A DNA stretch of 23,445 bases, taken from contig JAQGDQ010001848.1 in assembly GCA_030141605.1 (NCBI GenBank), positions 1 to 23,445 of the forward strand, given 5' to 3'. The stretch is from Tubiluchus corallicola (taxonomy: Eukaryota; Animalia; Priapulida). A program made the translations under genes and the position numbers. This document shows positions 10,201-20,603 of the stretch, piece by piece; within the stretch, counting starts at the first letter, position 1; each line of letters starts with the position of its first letter. The notes beneath the pieces are model-generated. The model saw nothing but the letters and a program-made list of their open reading frames with translations. It ran no database searches and was not told the DNA's origin.

Positions 10201-10713
10201 GGAGTGGTCATATTCATTTTTAACGCCTTGCTGAACCAGGAGGTGGTTTTCGAAGCCAGGAGGCAGCAGGCGCACAACAAGGCTCTCACAACCAATCCCG
10301 ACAAGACCACTGACGGTCTGCAATACAACTGGACCGGAGAGCTGTTCCTTTACACTACTGGCGTGACGGACGAGGACGAAAATGAACTCGCCGATAAACT
10401 CACGAAGAAAGAGGAGAAATTGAAGCTGAATAAAGAGAAACTCGCAATGAAGGCCCTACAGGAGGAAGAGAAAGCAAAAGAGGAAGAAGAATTAGAAGAC
10501 GCTGAAGAAGAAGGGGAGACGGACGATTCAGATGATTCGGAGACGTTCAGAAAACCGGATCCGGCACTGTGGAATTCCAGTTCCGAAGAGGAATATCCCG
10601 CAAGAGGCGACCCGAGGACACGTTCACAGCAGGTGGCGCAGAGCAGTAGTTACGGATTTCGAAGGTCGGCTCGTGTCACCCCCGAAGCGCAAGGCAGTAC
10701 AGTTCGAATGTAA
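10201..10713 (+). CDS. aGPCR last exon: TM7b, helix 8 and long acidic/coiled-coil C-tail ending ...RVTPEAQGSTVRM*
   Basis: Acceptor ttcttcctccag. GVVIFIF...NQEV completes NALQG. Stop TAA at 10711-10713. Confidence 0.92.
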   Translation, partial: GVVIFIFNALLNQEVVFEARRQQAHNKALTTNPDKTTDGLQYNWTGELFLYTTGVTDEDENELADKLTKKEEKLKLNKEKLAMKALQEEEKAKEEEELEDAEEEGETDDSDDSETFRKPDPALWNSSSEEEYPARGDPRTRSQQVAQSSSYGFRRSARVTPEAQGSTVRM

Positions 10714-10740
10714 ATTTGATTAACACGATTGTAAATGTGT

Positions 10741-10746
10741 TTTAAT
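10741..10746 (-). promoter_or_regulatory. Candidate AOPEP polyadenylation signal ATTAAA
   Basis: tttaat on the + strand, about 140 nt downstream of the AOPEP stop; the only AWTAAA seen between the two stop codons. Confidence 0.45.
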
Positions 10747-10883
10747 CATCATCAGCAGCAGCACCACTTGCCAGCATTTAAAGACGGAATAAGTATGGAT
10801 CTTTTGCAAACCACCTTGTACGATACAAAACTTGCGAGGGAAAAAATGAAGGAAGATTCTTACCTGCAGAAAGTTCGCAATGT

Positions 10884-11030
10884 TCAAGTCACGCCAAGCA
10901 TTTCCTCGACAGTCTTCCGGCAGTTCACGTCCATCGTCGGCGAATGCTGCTCAAAATACTTCCTCGCGAGTTCGTTGTGCTTTTTCAACTTTGACAGTAT
11001 CAATTCTCCATATAGATAGACACCCATTGC
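10884..11030 (-). CDS. AOPEP: AOPEP last coding exon (AMGVYLYGELILSKLKKHNELARKYFEQHSPTMDVNCRKTVEEMLGVT*)
   Basis: Acceptor cgtttacag. AMGVYLYGEL motif. Stop TGA at 10886-10884. Confidence 0.93.
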   Translation of the reverse strand, partial: AMGVYLYGELILSKLKKHNELARKYFEQHSPTMDVNCRKTVEEMLGVT

Positions 11031-12674
11031 CTGTAAACGAAAGTCTGAGTGAATTGCAGACTGAAAAACTCCTCATTCAGTTTTACTTTATGCGGTTTTA
11101 CGGTTTATCTGGGAAACCAAATAGTGGATTGAACGAAATGGATGTTTCCGTTTGCAGCAATTGCCAAGAAACCCTTTTCTATGCTACTTCGCAGAGGAAA
11201 GTATGATGTAGGTGACCATAAGCATTTGCTGTATTTTGCATGGCTTCATGAAAAACTGCTCTCACTAAGCAGCGATCACGTTATGTTTAATAATTTTTGC
11301 AGGTTTAAGCTCCTCACACAATGGCTTTTCATTCAAAATTATATATGAAATGCATTTGCTTACCTTGGACAAATTAAAAATCGATTTTTAACGTTAACGA
11401 ATCAAATCGAGAACTGCAGTGTTTGCATTACAATGTACAGTATAACTTGTGTGAAATCAGCAAATGCAGAAAATTTCAACTATCCAGACACAACACTCAG
11501 CAGCAGCAGAACACTGCACAGCTTGGGATGTAGCAAAGATGCAATCAATAAAAAAGCATGTACAATCACGCAAGTGTACACCAGACTAAGCTACTCAATA
11601 GGTTGAGTTGGAGTGCCTGAAAAGGGCGTGTTTTTTTTACTTTCATCCATTTAAAACATTATACATGTTTAAACAAATAGCATGAGCTTACTTAATTTGT
11701 AATAACTTAGTTATGTCTGTGCAGAAAAGTCGCAGGTCTTATAATGAACTTAGCCAGTCACAATAGCACGTTCACATGCCCTTCTTTGTTACAATCATGC
11801 TGTATTTTGCGGGGAAAATAGCTTTACTCGACTACGGTTACTTGAGTTATTGATTTTTTTTCTATAAAACGAAGGCTTCTCAGCTTGATCTGATAATAAT
11901 AATTTATTCTCTTAAGCAGCATAAGAGTTGATTTTTCTTTTCAATGTAGTTTTTGTCACATAAAACAGCTACAACACCAGCAACAACAACAAAAATACAG
12001 TTCCACATTCATGGATTTCACGGACACATATAACTTAATGAAGGATGTTACCAAAACAGCAAGACGCTATCGAAACGACATTTTTTTCAAAACTAACTAG
12101 TTTTAAAACTGAATATTTTTTGTTTATTTGCTGTAATGCAAAATTAATGTGTTACAATGTTTTTGGATTTAAGTTTCCATAATGACCAATGTTTAGAGAT
12201 CATAATGGATTTAAGTTTCCATAATGACCAATGATCATAATGCTTTATTAAAAAGAAACCAATTTTACTTTTCGAGATATTTTGTTGCTTATGTTTCAAA
12301 AATTATAAATTAAATGCAATTTTGCTCAAATAAATTCAAACTTGGTTTGATAATTCTGTTGATTGGGCTTGGAGACCCTAGGCAGTGATAAGCACTGAAG
12401 ATTTGCCACATTGCTGTGAAAAGCACGTCACAAGCTGTTGTGTAAACGAAATTTTCGCTTTATTTGAACTATTTTAGCCGAGATTTTTCAGTGATTTTCG
12501 TCATCTGGGAGGATAATGAAAAAACTTCAAGAAATGCCACCGAAAACTATCCGGAATTTTGACTACGAAACTTAATAAATTTTGTGGAAACCGAAAGTGT
12601 AATTATTGCGGAACATCTCTGAACTTGATCATTATAACCTATCAATCAATCAATCAATCAATAATACGACTTAC

Positions 12675-12761
12675 TTGGTCTTCCTCTAAGAAGTTCTCGA
12701 CGTCGTGATTCGCTGCATGATATCCGTGCTTTATCACCAATTCACACCATCTATGCCTCAC
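12675..12761 (-). CDS. AOPEP: AOPEP exon (VRHRWCELVIKHGYHAANHDVENFLEEDQ)
   Basis: Acceptor gattttag, donor CAA|gtaagt. VRHRWCEL motif. Confidence 0.92.
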
Positions 12762-13136
12762 CTAAAATCATAGTTTAGAATCACCAATACAGAGAGAAAA
12801 GTTGTAATAACTGACCAATGGTCAAGATCACTGACCACTGACCTTCGCTAGTTTCAAAACTTCATCACTAAACTTGTAATACACAACAATGTTTCCAAAT
12901 GGCAAAGAAAAGCAACACTGAGGACTAACTGGTGTCGGATGGATGGCTAGTTCAAAGCTATCTTCACGCAACTAATAATTTATGCACAAACAACTGAGTA
13001 ACCGAGAATAAATTGCAAAGTTCTCACAATTTATTGTTTACATCAACATACGCTACTGCCACCTACCAATTACAAAACAAACAAATCAGCCTGATCAACA
13101 ATGCTTGTTGTTCTCTATTTTCCTACCTAACTATAA

Positions 13137-14537
13137 CAATGGGAGAATAAACAACACAGAAATGCAACAATGGGAGAATAAACAACACAAAAACACAACA
13201 ATAGGGAATAAACAACACAAAAACGCAACAATGGAAAAGAAACAGCACAAAAACACAACAATTGGGACTAAACAACACAAAAACGCAACAATGGGAAATG
13301 AACAATGCAAAAATGCATCAATGGAGAATAAACAACACAAAAATGCATCAATGGAGAATAAACAACACAAAAACGCATCAATGGGGAATAAACAACACAA
13401 AAACGCATCAATGGAGAATAAACAACACAAAAATGCATCAATGGAGAATAAACAACACAAAAATGCATCAATGGAGAATAAACAACACAAAAATGCATCA
13501 ATGGAGAATAAACAACACAAAAACGCATCAATGGGGAATAAACAACACAAAAACGCATCAATGGAGAATAAACAGCACAAAAACGCATCAATGGAGAATA
13601 AACAACACAAAAACGCAACAATGGAAAACAAACAGCACAAAAATGCATCAATGGAGAATAAACAACACAAAAATGCATCAATGGAGAATAAACAACACAA
13701 AAATGCATCAATGGAGAATAAACAACACAAAAACACAACAATAGGGAATATACAGCACAAAAACGCATCAATGGAGAATAAACAACACAAAAACGCATCA
13801 ATGGAGAATAAACAACACAAAAACACAACAATAGGGAATATACAGCACAAAAACGCATCAATGGAGAATAAACAACACAAAAACGCATCAATGGAGAATA
13901 AACAACACAAAAACACAACAATAGGGAATAAACAACACAAAAACGCACCAATGGGGAATAAACAACACAAAAACACAACAATAGGGAATATACAGCACAA
14001 AAACACAACAATAGGGAATAAACAACACAAAAATGCATCAATGGAGAATAAACAACACAAAAACGCAACAATAGGGAATAAACAACACAAAAACGCACCA
14101 ATGGAGAATAAGCAACACAAAAACGCATGAATGGGGAATAAACAACACAAAAACACATGAATGGGGAATAAACAACACAAAAACACATGAATGGGGAATA
14201 AACAACACAAAAACGCAACAATAGGGAATAAACAACACAAAAACACAACAATGGAGAATAAGCAACACAAAAACGCATGAATGGGGAATAAACAACACAA
14301 AAACGCACCAATGGAGAATAAGCAACACAAAAACGCATCAATGGAGAATAAACAACACAAAAACACAACAATGGGAAAAACAACACAAAAACGCAACAAT
14401 GGGAAATAAACAACACAAAAACGCATGAATGGGGAATAAACAACACAAAAACACAACAATGGAGAATAAGCAACACAAAAACGCATGAATGGGGAATAAA
14501 CAACACAAAAACACAACAATGGGAAAAACAACACAAA
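13137..14537. repeat. 30-bp minisatellite, about 46 copies (atggagaataaacaacacaaaaacgcatca), in an AOPEP intron
   Basis: Direct periodicity; explains the long ORFs on both strands. Confidence 0.97.
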
Positions 14538-14662
14538 TGCCTCGTAAATCGACAACGGATTCATCACTTAAAAGCTTTAAGCAAGTAAGCTGATTTAACA
14601 AAGACATACTTACAACCTCTCATATCTATCGGTAACAATATAATTACAGTTCAAAATCTTAC

Positions 14663-14785
14663 GTCGGCATTCTGACGCCCGATGGTAAAATGCCTGTGCA
14701 GACATTGCAGCGTTTCCACGGCAACGACGTCCAGTTCCAACATGAATTCGAGCAGTAGAACAATTTGGTCGGAGGAACGCAACTC
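14663..14785 (-). CDS. AOPEP: AOPEP exon (ELRSSDQIVLLLEFMLE...IGRQNAD)
   Basis: Acceptor ctcttcag, donor GAC|gtaaga. DQxVLLLE motif of the C-terminal LTA4H-like domain. Confidence 0.9.
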
Positions 14786-15202
14786 CTGAAGAGTCAACGT
14801 GACATCATCAAAATTACATGTGATTATAACATTCTGCGGAACACAAACGCGTGAAACTGTGACCAGTAATAAAGCATTAAACAAAAATATTCAAGTCAAT
14901 CACAATTTATTTACGTACCTTAATCAATTAAAGTAAGAAAACAGAAAATATTTTAAGTCGGTTATTAACTGGCAATACACAATTTGTATTTGCAAAACTA
15001 CTACTATATAATGGTATTACATGTATGTGAAAAAACCATGTTTTGTTCAATATCTTAGGGTTAGGGTTATTTCTTTATAGCTGTGACTTTATTACCTGCG
15101 GCTTTTTTACCTGTGACTTTTTTACCTGTTGACCTACGGTTTAAGATCGAGTCCAGTTTTCCGTTAAACAATTCTATTGGAGGTTTTTGGGCCTTGTGCA
15201 AA

Positions 15203-15520
15203 AGTGTGCGTGTGTGCATGTGTGTGAGTGTGCGTGCTTGCGTGTGTGCATGTGTGGGAGTATGCGTGCATGTGTGTGAGTGTGCGTGCTTGCGTGTGCA
15301 TGTGTGTGAGTGTGCATGCTTGCGTGTGCATGTGTGTGAGTGTGCATGCTTGCGTGTGCATGTGTGTGAGTGTGCATGCTTGCGTGTGTGTGAGTGTGCA
15401 TGCTTGCATGTGCATGTGTGTGAGTGTGCATGCTTGCATGTGTGTGAGGGTGCATGCTTGTGTGAGTGTGCGTGCTTGCGTGTGTGTGTGTGCGTGCGTG
15501 CATGTGTGTGAGGGTGCGTG
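15203..15520. repeat. (GT)-rich compound microsatellite with a 24-bp higher unit
   Basis: gtgtgcatgtgtgtgagtgtgcatgcttgc repeats. Confidence 0.95.
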
Positions 15521-15607
15521 GTTTTTAATCATGTGCAAAACAGTTTATTCCATCTAATTAAAAAGCAATTAACATTTTCGTCACGTTAACGAATCACTAA
15601 TCATTAC

Positions 15608-15760
15608 CACATTGAAGCCAGACACGTCCGCACATTTCTTCCTCTTTGTGCCTTTCCGTTTTTCGCAAATTCTTCCGTTCAGAGACTTCCACATTTCAAA
15701 CTCCTGGCAAACTTGCTTGTAAAGCTCGTTATCTGAGCTCGGCTCACTCTGGCGAAGACA
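15608..15760 (-). CDS. AOPEP: AOPEP exon with basic NLS/NoLS-like patch (CLRQSEPSSDNELYKQVCQEFEMWKSLNGRICEKRKGTKRKKCADVSGFNV)
   Basis: Acceptor ttttcacattatcag, donor GTG|gtaatg. 153-nt open frame, phase 0-0. Not in the supplied ORF track. Confidence 0.82.
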
Positions 15761-16265
15761 CTGATAATGTGAAAAAATTCAGTAAGAAAACTGAGGAGAA
15801 ATAAACAATAAGAAATAAAACTACGCAGAAGAAATAAGACAATTTTTCACGTTTTGTTTATATGAGATCAGTGACTGCTCTTTTGTTTTTTTACTGTGTA
15901 ATACGAAACAAACATACTCAATTTTAATGTTGTAATTTGTAATTGTAATTTTAGACAAGCAAACATACCAAAATTTATACGTAAATTTGATAAAATCCTA
16001 AACAAAAAATATGATGTACTTATTAATAGCCTATATTCTTACTGTTCAAGTAATCTAATTAATTAATTTACTAAGTTAATTTAAGTTTGAATTGATCCAT
16101 TTATTTAAAAACAAAATTTACTCTTCTTGTTTTACTTTATGCGACAAGATTAAGAATTTTCTCCTTGACTGACGCTGTGTGAGTGACAGTACTTTTTCTA
16201 CCTAGCATGCACCTTCTTTACTTAGACGTGTGTGCCAGGGGCTGGTGCAGTTACACATCACCTGT

Positions 16266-18027
16266 ACACAATCCACCACTGCATATCATTGCTCATAATT
16301 ACATAAGCCGCCACTGCATATCGTTGCTCATAATTACACAAGCCACCACTGCATATCGTTGCTCATAATTACACAATCCACCACTGCATATCATTGCTCA
16401 TAATTACATAAGCCGCCACTGCATATCATTGCTCATAATTACACAAGCCACCACTGCATATCGTTGCTCATAATTACACAAGCCACCACTGCATATCGTT
16501 GCTCATAATTACACAAGCCACCACTGCACATCGTTACTCATAATTACACAAGCCACCACTGCACATCGTTGCTCATAATTACACAAGCCGCCACTGCACA
16601 TCGTTGCTCATAATTACACAAGCCGCCACTGCACATTGTTGCTCATAATTACACAAGCCGCCACTGCACATCGTTGCTCATAATTACACAAGCCGCCACT
16701 GCACATCGTTGCTCATAATTACACAAGCCGCCACTGCACATTGTTGCTCATAATTACACAAGCTGCCACTGCATATCGTTGCTCATAATTACACAAGCCG
16801 CCACTGCATATCATTGCTCATAATTACACAAGCCGCCACTGCACATCGTTGCTCATAATTACATAAGCCGCCACTGCATATCGTTGCTCATAATTACACA
16901 AGCCACCACTGCATATCGTTGCTCATAATTACACAATCCACCACTGCATATCATTGCTCATAATTACATAAGCCGCCACTGCATATCATTGCTCATAATT
17001 ACACAAGCCACCACTGCATATCGTTGCTCATAATTACACAAGCCACCACTGCATATCGTTGCTCATAATTACACAAGCCACCACTGCACATCGTTGCTCA
17101 TAATTACACAAGCCACCACTGCACATCGTTGCTCATAATTACACAAGCTGCCACTGCACATCGTTGCTCATAATTACACAAGCTGCCACTGCACATTGTT
17201 GCTCATAATTACACAAGCCGCCACTGCACATCGTTGCTCATAATTACACAAGCCGCCACTGCACATCGTTGCTCATAATTACACAAGCCGCCACTGCACA
17301 TTGTTGCTCATAATTACACAAGCTGCCACTGCATATCGTTGCTCATAATTACACAAGCCGCCACTGCATATCGTTGCTCATAATTACACAAGCCACCACT
17401 GCATATCGTTGCTCATAATTACACAAGCCGCCACTGCATATCGTTGCTCATAATTACACAAGCTGCCACTGCATATCGTTGCTCATAATTACACGAGCCG
17501 CCACTGCATATCGTTGCTCATAATTACACAAGCCACCACTGCATATCGTTGCTCATAATTACACAAGCCACCACTGCATATCGTTGCTCATAATTACACA
17601 AGCCGCCACTGCATATCGTTGCTCATAATTACACAAGCCACCACTGCATATCGTTGCTCATAATTACACAAGCCAACACTGCATATCGTTGCTCATAATT
17701 ACACGAGCCACCACTGCATATCGTTGCTCATAATTACACAAGCCACCACTGCATATCATTGCTCATAATTACACAAGCCGTCACTGCATATCGTTGCTCA
17801 TAATTACACAAGCCTCCACTGCATATCGTTGCTCATAATTACACAAGCCTCCACTGCATATCGTTGCTCATAATCACACAAGCCGCCACTGCATATCGTT
17901 GCTCACAATTACACAAGCCGCCACTGCATATCGTTGCTCACAATTACACAAGCCACCACTGCATATCGTTGCTCACAATTACACAAGCCACCACTGCATA
18001 TCGTTGCTCACAATTACACAAGCCGCC
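16266..18027. repeat. 35-bp satellite, about 50 copies (acacaagccrccactgcayatcgttgctcataatt), in an AOPEP intron
   Basis: Direct periodicity with no unique spacers. Confidence 0.97.
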
Positions 18028-18192
18028 CTTCTATACCACCCATTTCGGGACTGCCATAAAGTCGGCGCTATGCGAGTTTGGCAATACAACAAGGTACATT
18101 AATACATAAATGTCTATGTAAATGTAGACAATTTGTTTTGCTAAAAATCTGCTATTACAAAGACAGGGGCATGAAAAATAAAAAGCTCTTAC

Positions 18193-18256
18193 TTTAGGCA
18201 GGCCGGGGCAGTCTAACCACTCCGAGTAAATCTCTTCTGAACTCAGTCCATTCTTT
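18193..18256 (-). CDS. AOPEP: AOPEP short exon (KNGLSSEEIYSEWLDCPGLPK)
   Basis: Acceptor gtttcag, donor AAA|gtaaga. WLxxxGxP M1 motif; phase 2-0 fits the neighbours. Confidence 0.88.
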
Positions 18257-18338
18257 CTGAAACGTTCAATGCATTGAACACTGTGAACTGTTTCATTAAG
18301 ATTCAAAAAACTTATGCAACATTTATTTTTAAAAATGT

Positions 18339-18648
18339 CTTGAAAATAAAAAACACAGTGTGAACATTTTCAATAACAGATTCAAGATGCCTTGAAAATA
18401 AAAAATACAGTGTGAACATTTTCAATAACAGATTCAAGATGCCTTGAAAATAAAAAACACAGTGTGAACATTTTCAATAACAGATTCAAGATGCCTTGAA
18501 AATAAAAAACACAGTGTGAACATTTTCAATAACAGATTCAAGATGCATTGAAAATAAAAAAACACAGTGTAAACATTTTCAGTAACAGATTCAAGATGCC
18601 TTGAAAATAAAAAACACGGTGACACATTCCATTAACAGATTCAAGATG
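18339..18648. repeat. 52-bp minisatellite, about 6 copies
   Basis: Units start at 18339, 18391, 18443, 18495, about 18547 and about 18600. Confidence 0.93.
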
Positions 18649-18653
18649 TGTTA

Positions 18654-18907
18654 AAAAAACACGGTGTGAACAGGGTTCATTAACAGGAATCATCAGCAAA
18701 CAAGTGAACAGAGCTTTACTCTAGCAACACTTACGCTACAAAAGGAAAAGCATGGAAGAACATGTCAAAGATTTAAGTCTTGAAAATTAAAAAAACGTGG
18801 TGTGAACAGGGTTCATTAACAGGAATCATCAGCAAACAAGTGAACAGAGCTTTACTCTAGCAACACTTACGCTACAAAAGGAAAAGCATGGAAGAACATG
18901 TCAAAGA
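18654..18907 (-). repeat. 136-bp-period duplication of an AOPEP exon 3' end plus donor and intron start
   Basis: 18654-18771 repeats 18790-18907, including FDMFFHAFPFVA|gtaagt. Confidence 0.93.
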
Positions 18908-19019
18908 ATTCCCGTGAGAGAACTAGCAAGCCGTGAAAGTGCCACACGTAATCACGCAGGAAGGAATCAAACTTCTCAACACCGACCAATTCTGACAGGT
19001 GTCGCAATAGAAAGTAACC
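18871..19019 (-). CDS. AOPEP: AOPEP exon (GYFLLRHLSELVGVEKFDSFLRDYVWHFHGLLVLSREFFDMFFHAFPFVA)
   Basis: Acceptor ttttcacacag, donor GC|gtaagt. Continues the M1 YxKG helix. Confidence 0.93.
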
Positions 19020-19533
19020 CTGTGTGAAAACATACAAAAGCTTTTTTTTATCTTGTGCACAGAGTGTAAGTCTATAAATATTAATATCGTGTACCAGCAT
19101 GTACACTCAAATCTCGGTCCTCGCTTTTACGGATACCAGACAGAAATCTGGACCATTAAAAAGTCCCGCATACTACGGACACAGTGCATTGTTTCATAAG
19201 CTGACCGCTAGTTGGCAGGACGACACTTTGTTTACATCACGTACATCATATCTGTATATAGAAAAATATAGTCAATTATGCGAAGTTATTTGAGTGAATT
19301 GCTGACAGTTTTTACATACTTTTGCTTAAGAGTGGTCCATACTAGACATTTTTGAGACAATTAGGCGATTGATTCTACATCACCGTGAGTCTAATATAAG
19401 ACGCCTACTATATTAGCTTAGCATCGGTAAATACAGACAATCGGCAAATTCGAAGCGACGTGTCCCCGCTATTGTCCGGAAAACTGAGATACGAGTGCAC
19501 GTTCATAAGCATAAGTTTTTCAATCCGACCTAC

Positions 19534-19749
19534 CTTCAGATAATGCACTTGAGTGAAGCATTTGTCGGGATTCATCCCGTTTTTCACGAAATCGACGGTC
19601 CGCTGCTCTTCCCGCTTCCTGTCATAAGAGTCGCCGCCCGGTCGTAGCGTCTGCAGCTCCTCGGAGGTGTTTTCTAATTCGGCCGACAACGTACGGTACC
19701 TCAAAAGCGCTCTGAGTTCCGCATAATCCTTCCTCTCCTTCTCGTCCCA
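19534..19749 (-). CDS. AOPEP: AOPEP exon (WDEKERKDYAELRALLRY...GMNPDKCFTQVHYLK), containing the predicted catalytic Tyr
   Basis: Acceptor ttattgcag, donor AAG|gtaggt. 216 nt, phase 0-0. Confidence 0.94.
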
Positions 19750-20112
19750 CTGCAATAAATATAACTATACTATAAATATTATATATATATTATATATATA
19801 TATTATGTTATGTTGTGTTGTGTTGTGTTGTGTTGTGTTGTGTGTCGTATCGTATCGTATCATATCATATATTATATATGTTATATTATATTATATTATA
19901 TTATGAAAAGTTTACCAGAAAAATTGCATTAGAAACAACAGATTAAGTTTTGACCAATGGCGGGTGTTTGATTTAGTTTCGGCGTCAAAAAATTCTGGTC
20001 AACAACGTGCGAAATTATGATCCAAGAGCTAGGCAGCTTTATCGAATTCGGTCCGTGAATATAAATATTATAAATATAATATATTATATTATAACTATAT
20101 CTTATACCTTAC

Positions 20113-20299
20113 CCCCATAGCTGCGCCGTGTATCGAGTCTTCCATGTACGTGGAAAACCCCTCACTGATCCATTCCTCGGTCCAGTCCTTTGCTCCGAGC
20201 AGCAACCCGAACCAATTATGCGAGATCTCGTGTGCGACCCGTATGCACATTCCACCGATATCGGCCAGAACTGATTGAGACAGAAACAGCAGATTTGGG
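20113..20299 (-). CDS. AOPEP: AOPEP exon: zinc-binding HEISH-x18-E
   Basis: Acceptor ttttactcccag, donor GGG|gtaagg. Translation SPNLLFLSQS...VAHEISHNWFGLLLGAKDWTEEWISEGF. Confidence 0.96.
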
Positions 20300-20603
20300 C
20301 TGGGAGTAAAATAAAAAACACATACTTTAGGAGGCGCTAGACGCAACTCAAGCAAATGAACAAATATTTTAGGTTACTTGCTATTGCAGGGCTTGCGTCG
20401 ACAGTAACGCTGTATAAACCATGTAAATTTAAACTCCCGCGATGACCGTTAGATGCAGCCATTTTAGTGGCAGGTTTATTTGAAACAAATTTAGATAACA
20501 TTGTATGAAATTTGAAAAAATAATCAGAGCATTCATAGCACACATGTTGCCAACTTATTACTGTATCTTGTCAATAAGATTAAAAATACTGTTTTTGGCT
20601 ATA

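Larger units (their letters stand above)
1413..10713 (+). other. Adhesion GPCR gene (GAIN/GPS + secretin-like 7TM), 3' portion; 7 coding exons in the window, 5' exons outside
   Basis: Manual splicing of 1413-1524, 3378-3481, 4153-4255, 5728-5960, 7292-7447, 8426-8558 and 10201-10713 gives one open frame. All introns are GT-AG, with phases 0,2,0,2,2,0. The product has a GPS motif, seven hydrophobic helices and class B2 motifs (LHYFF..F.WM, GW..P, CW, GP, TW.FG, FNALQG). Confidence 0.93.

Noticed and set aside
10735-11348. + strand ORFs of 94, 108 and 68 aa after the GPCR stop
   Set aside because: They are antisense shadows of the AOPEP last exon and its flanks, with no recognisable motifs.
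11031-12674. Intronic miR-23b/27b/24-type cluster, as hosted by vertebrate AOPEP
   Set aside because: I saw no match to the mature miRNA sequences and no convincing hairpin by eye; an Rfam/miRBase scan would be decisive.
13105-14607. Long ORFs (341-478 aa) on both strands
   Set aside because: They are translations of a 30-bp tandem repeat inside an AOPEP intron. They are open only because the unit is a multiple of 3, with no domain or splice support.
15083-15557. Cys/His-rich ORFs
   Set aside because: Translations of the (GT)-rich microsatellite.
16266-18027. 35-bp repeats resembling a CRISPR array
   Set aside because: The units are head-to-tail with no unique spacers, there are no cas genes, and the context is a eukaryotic intron.
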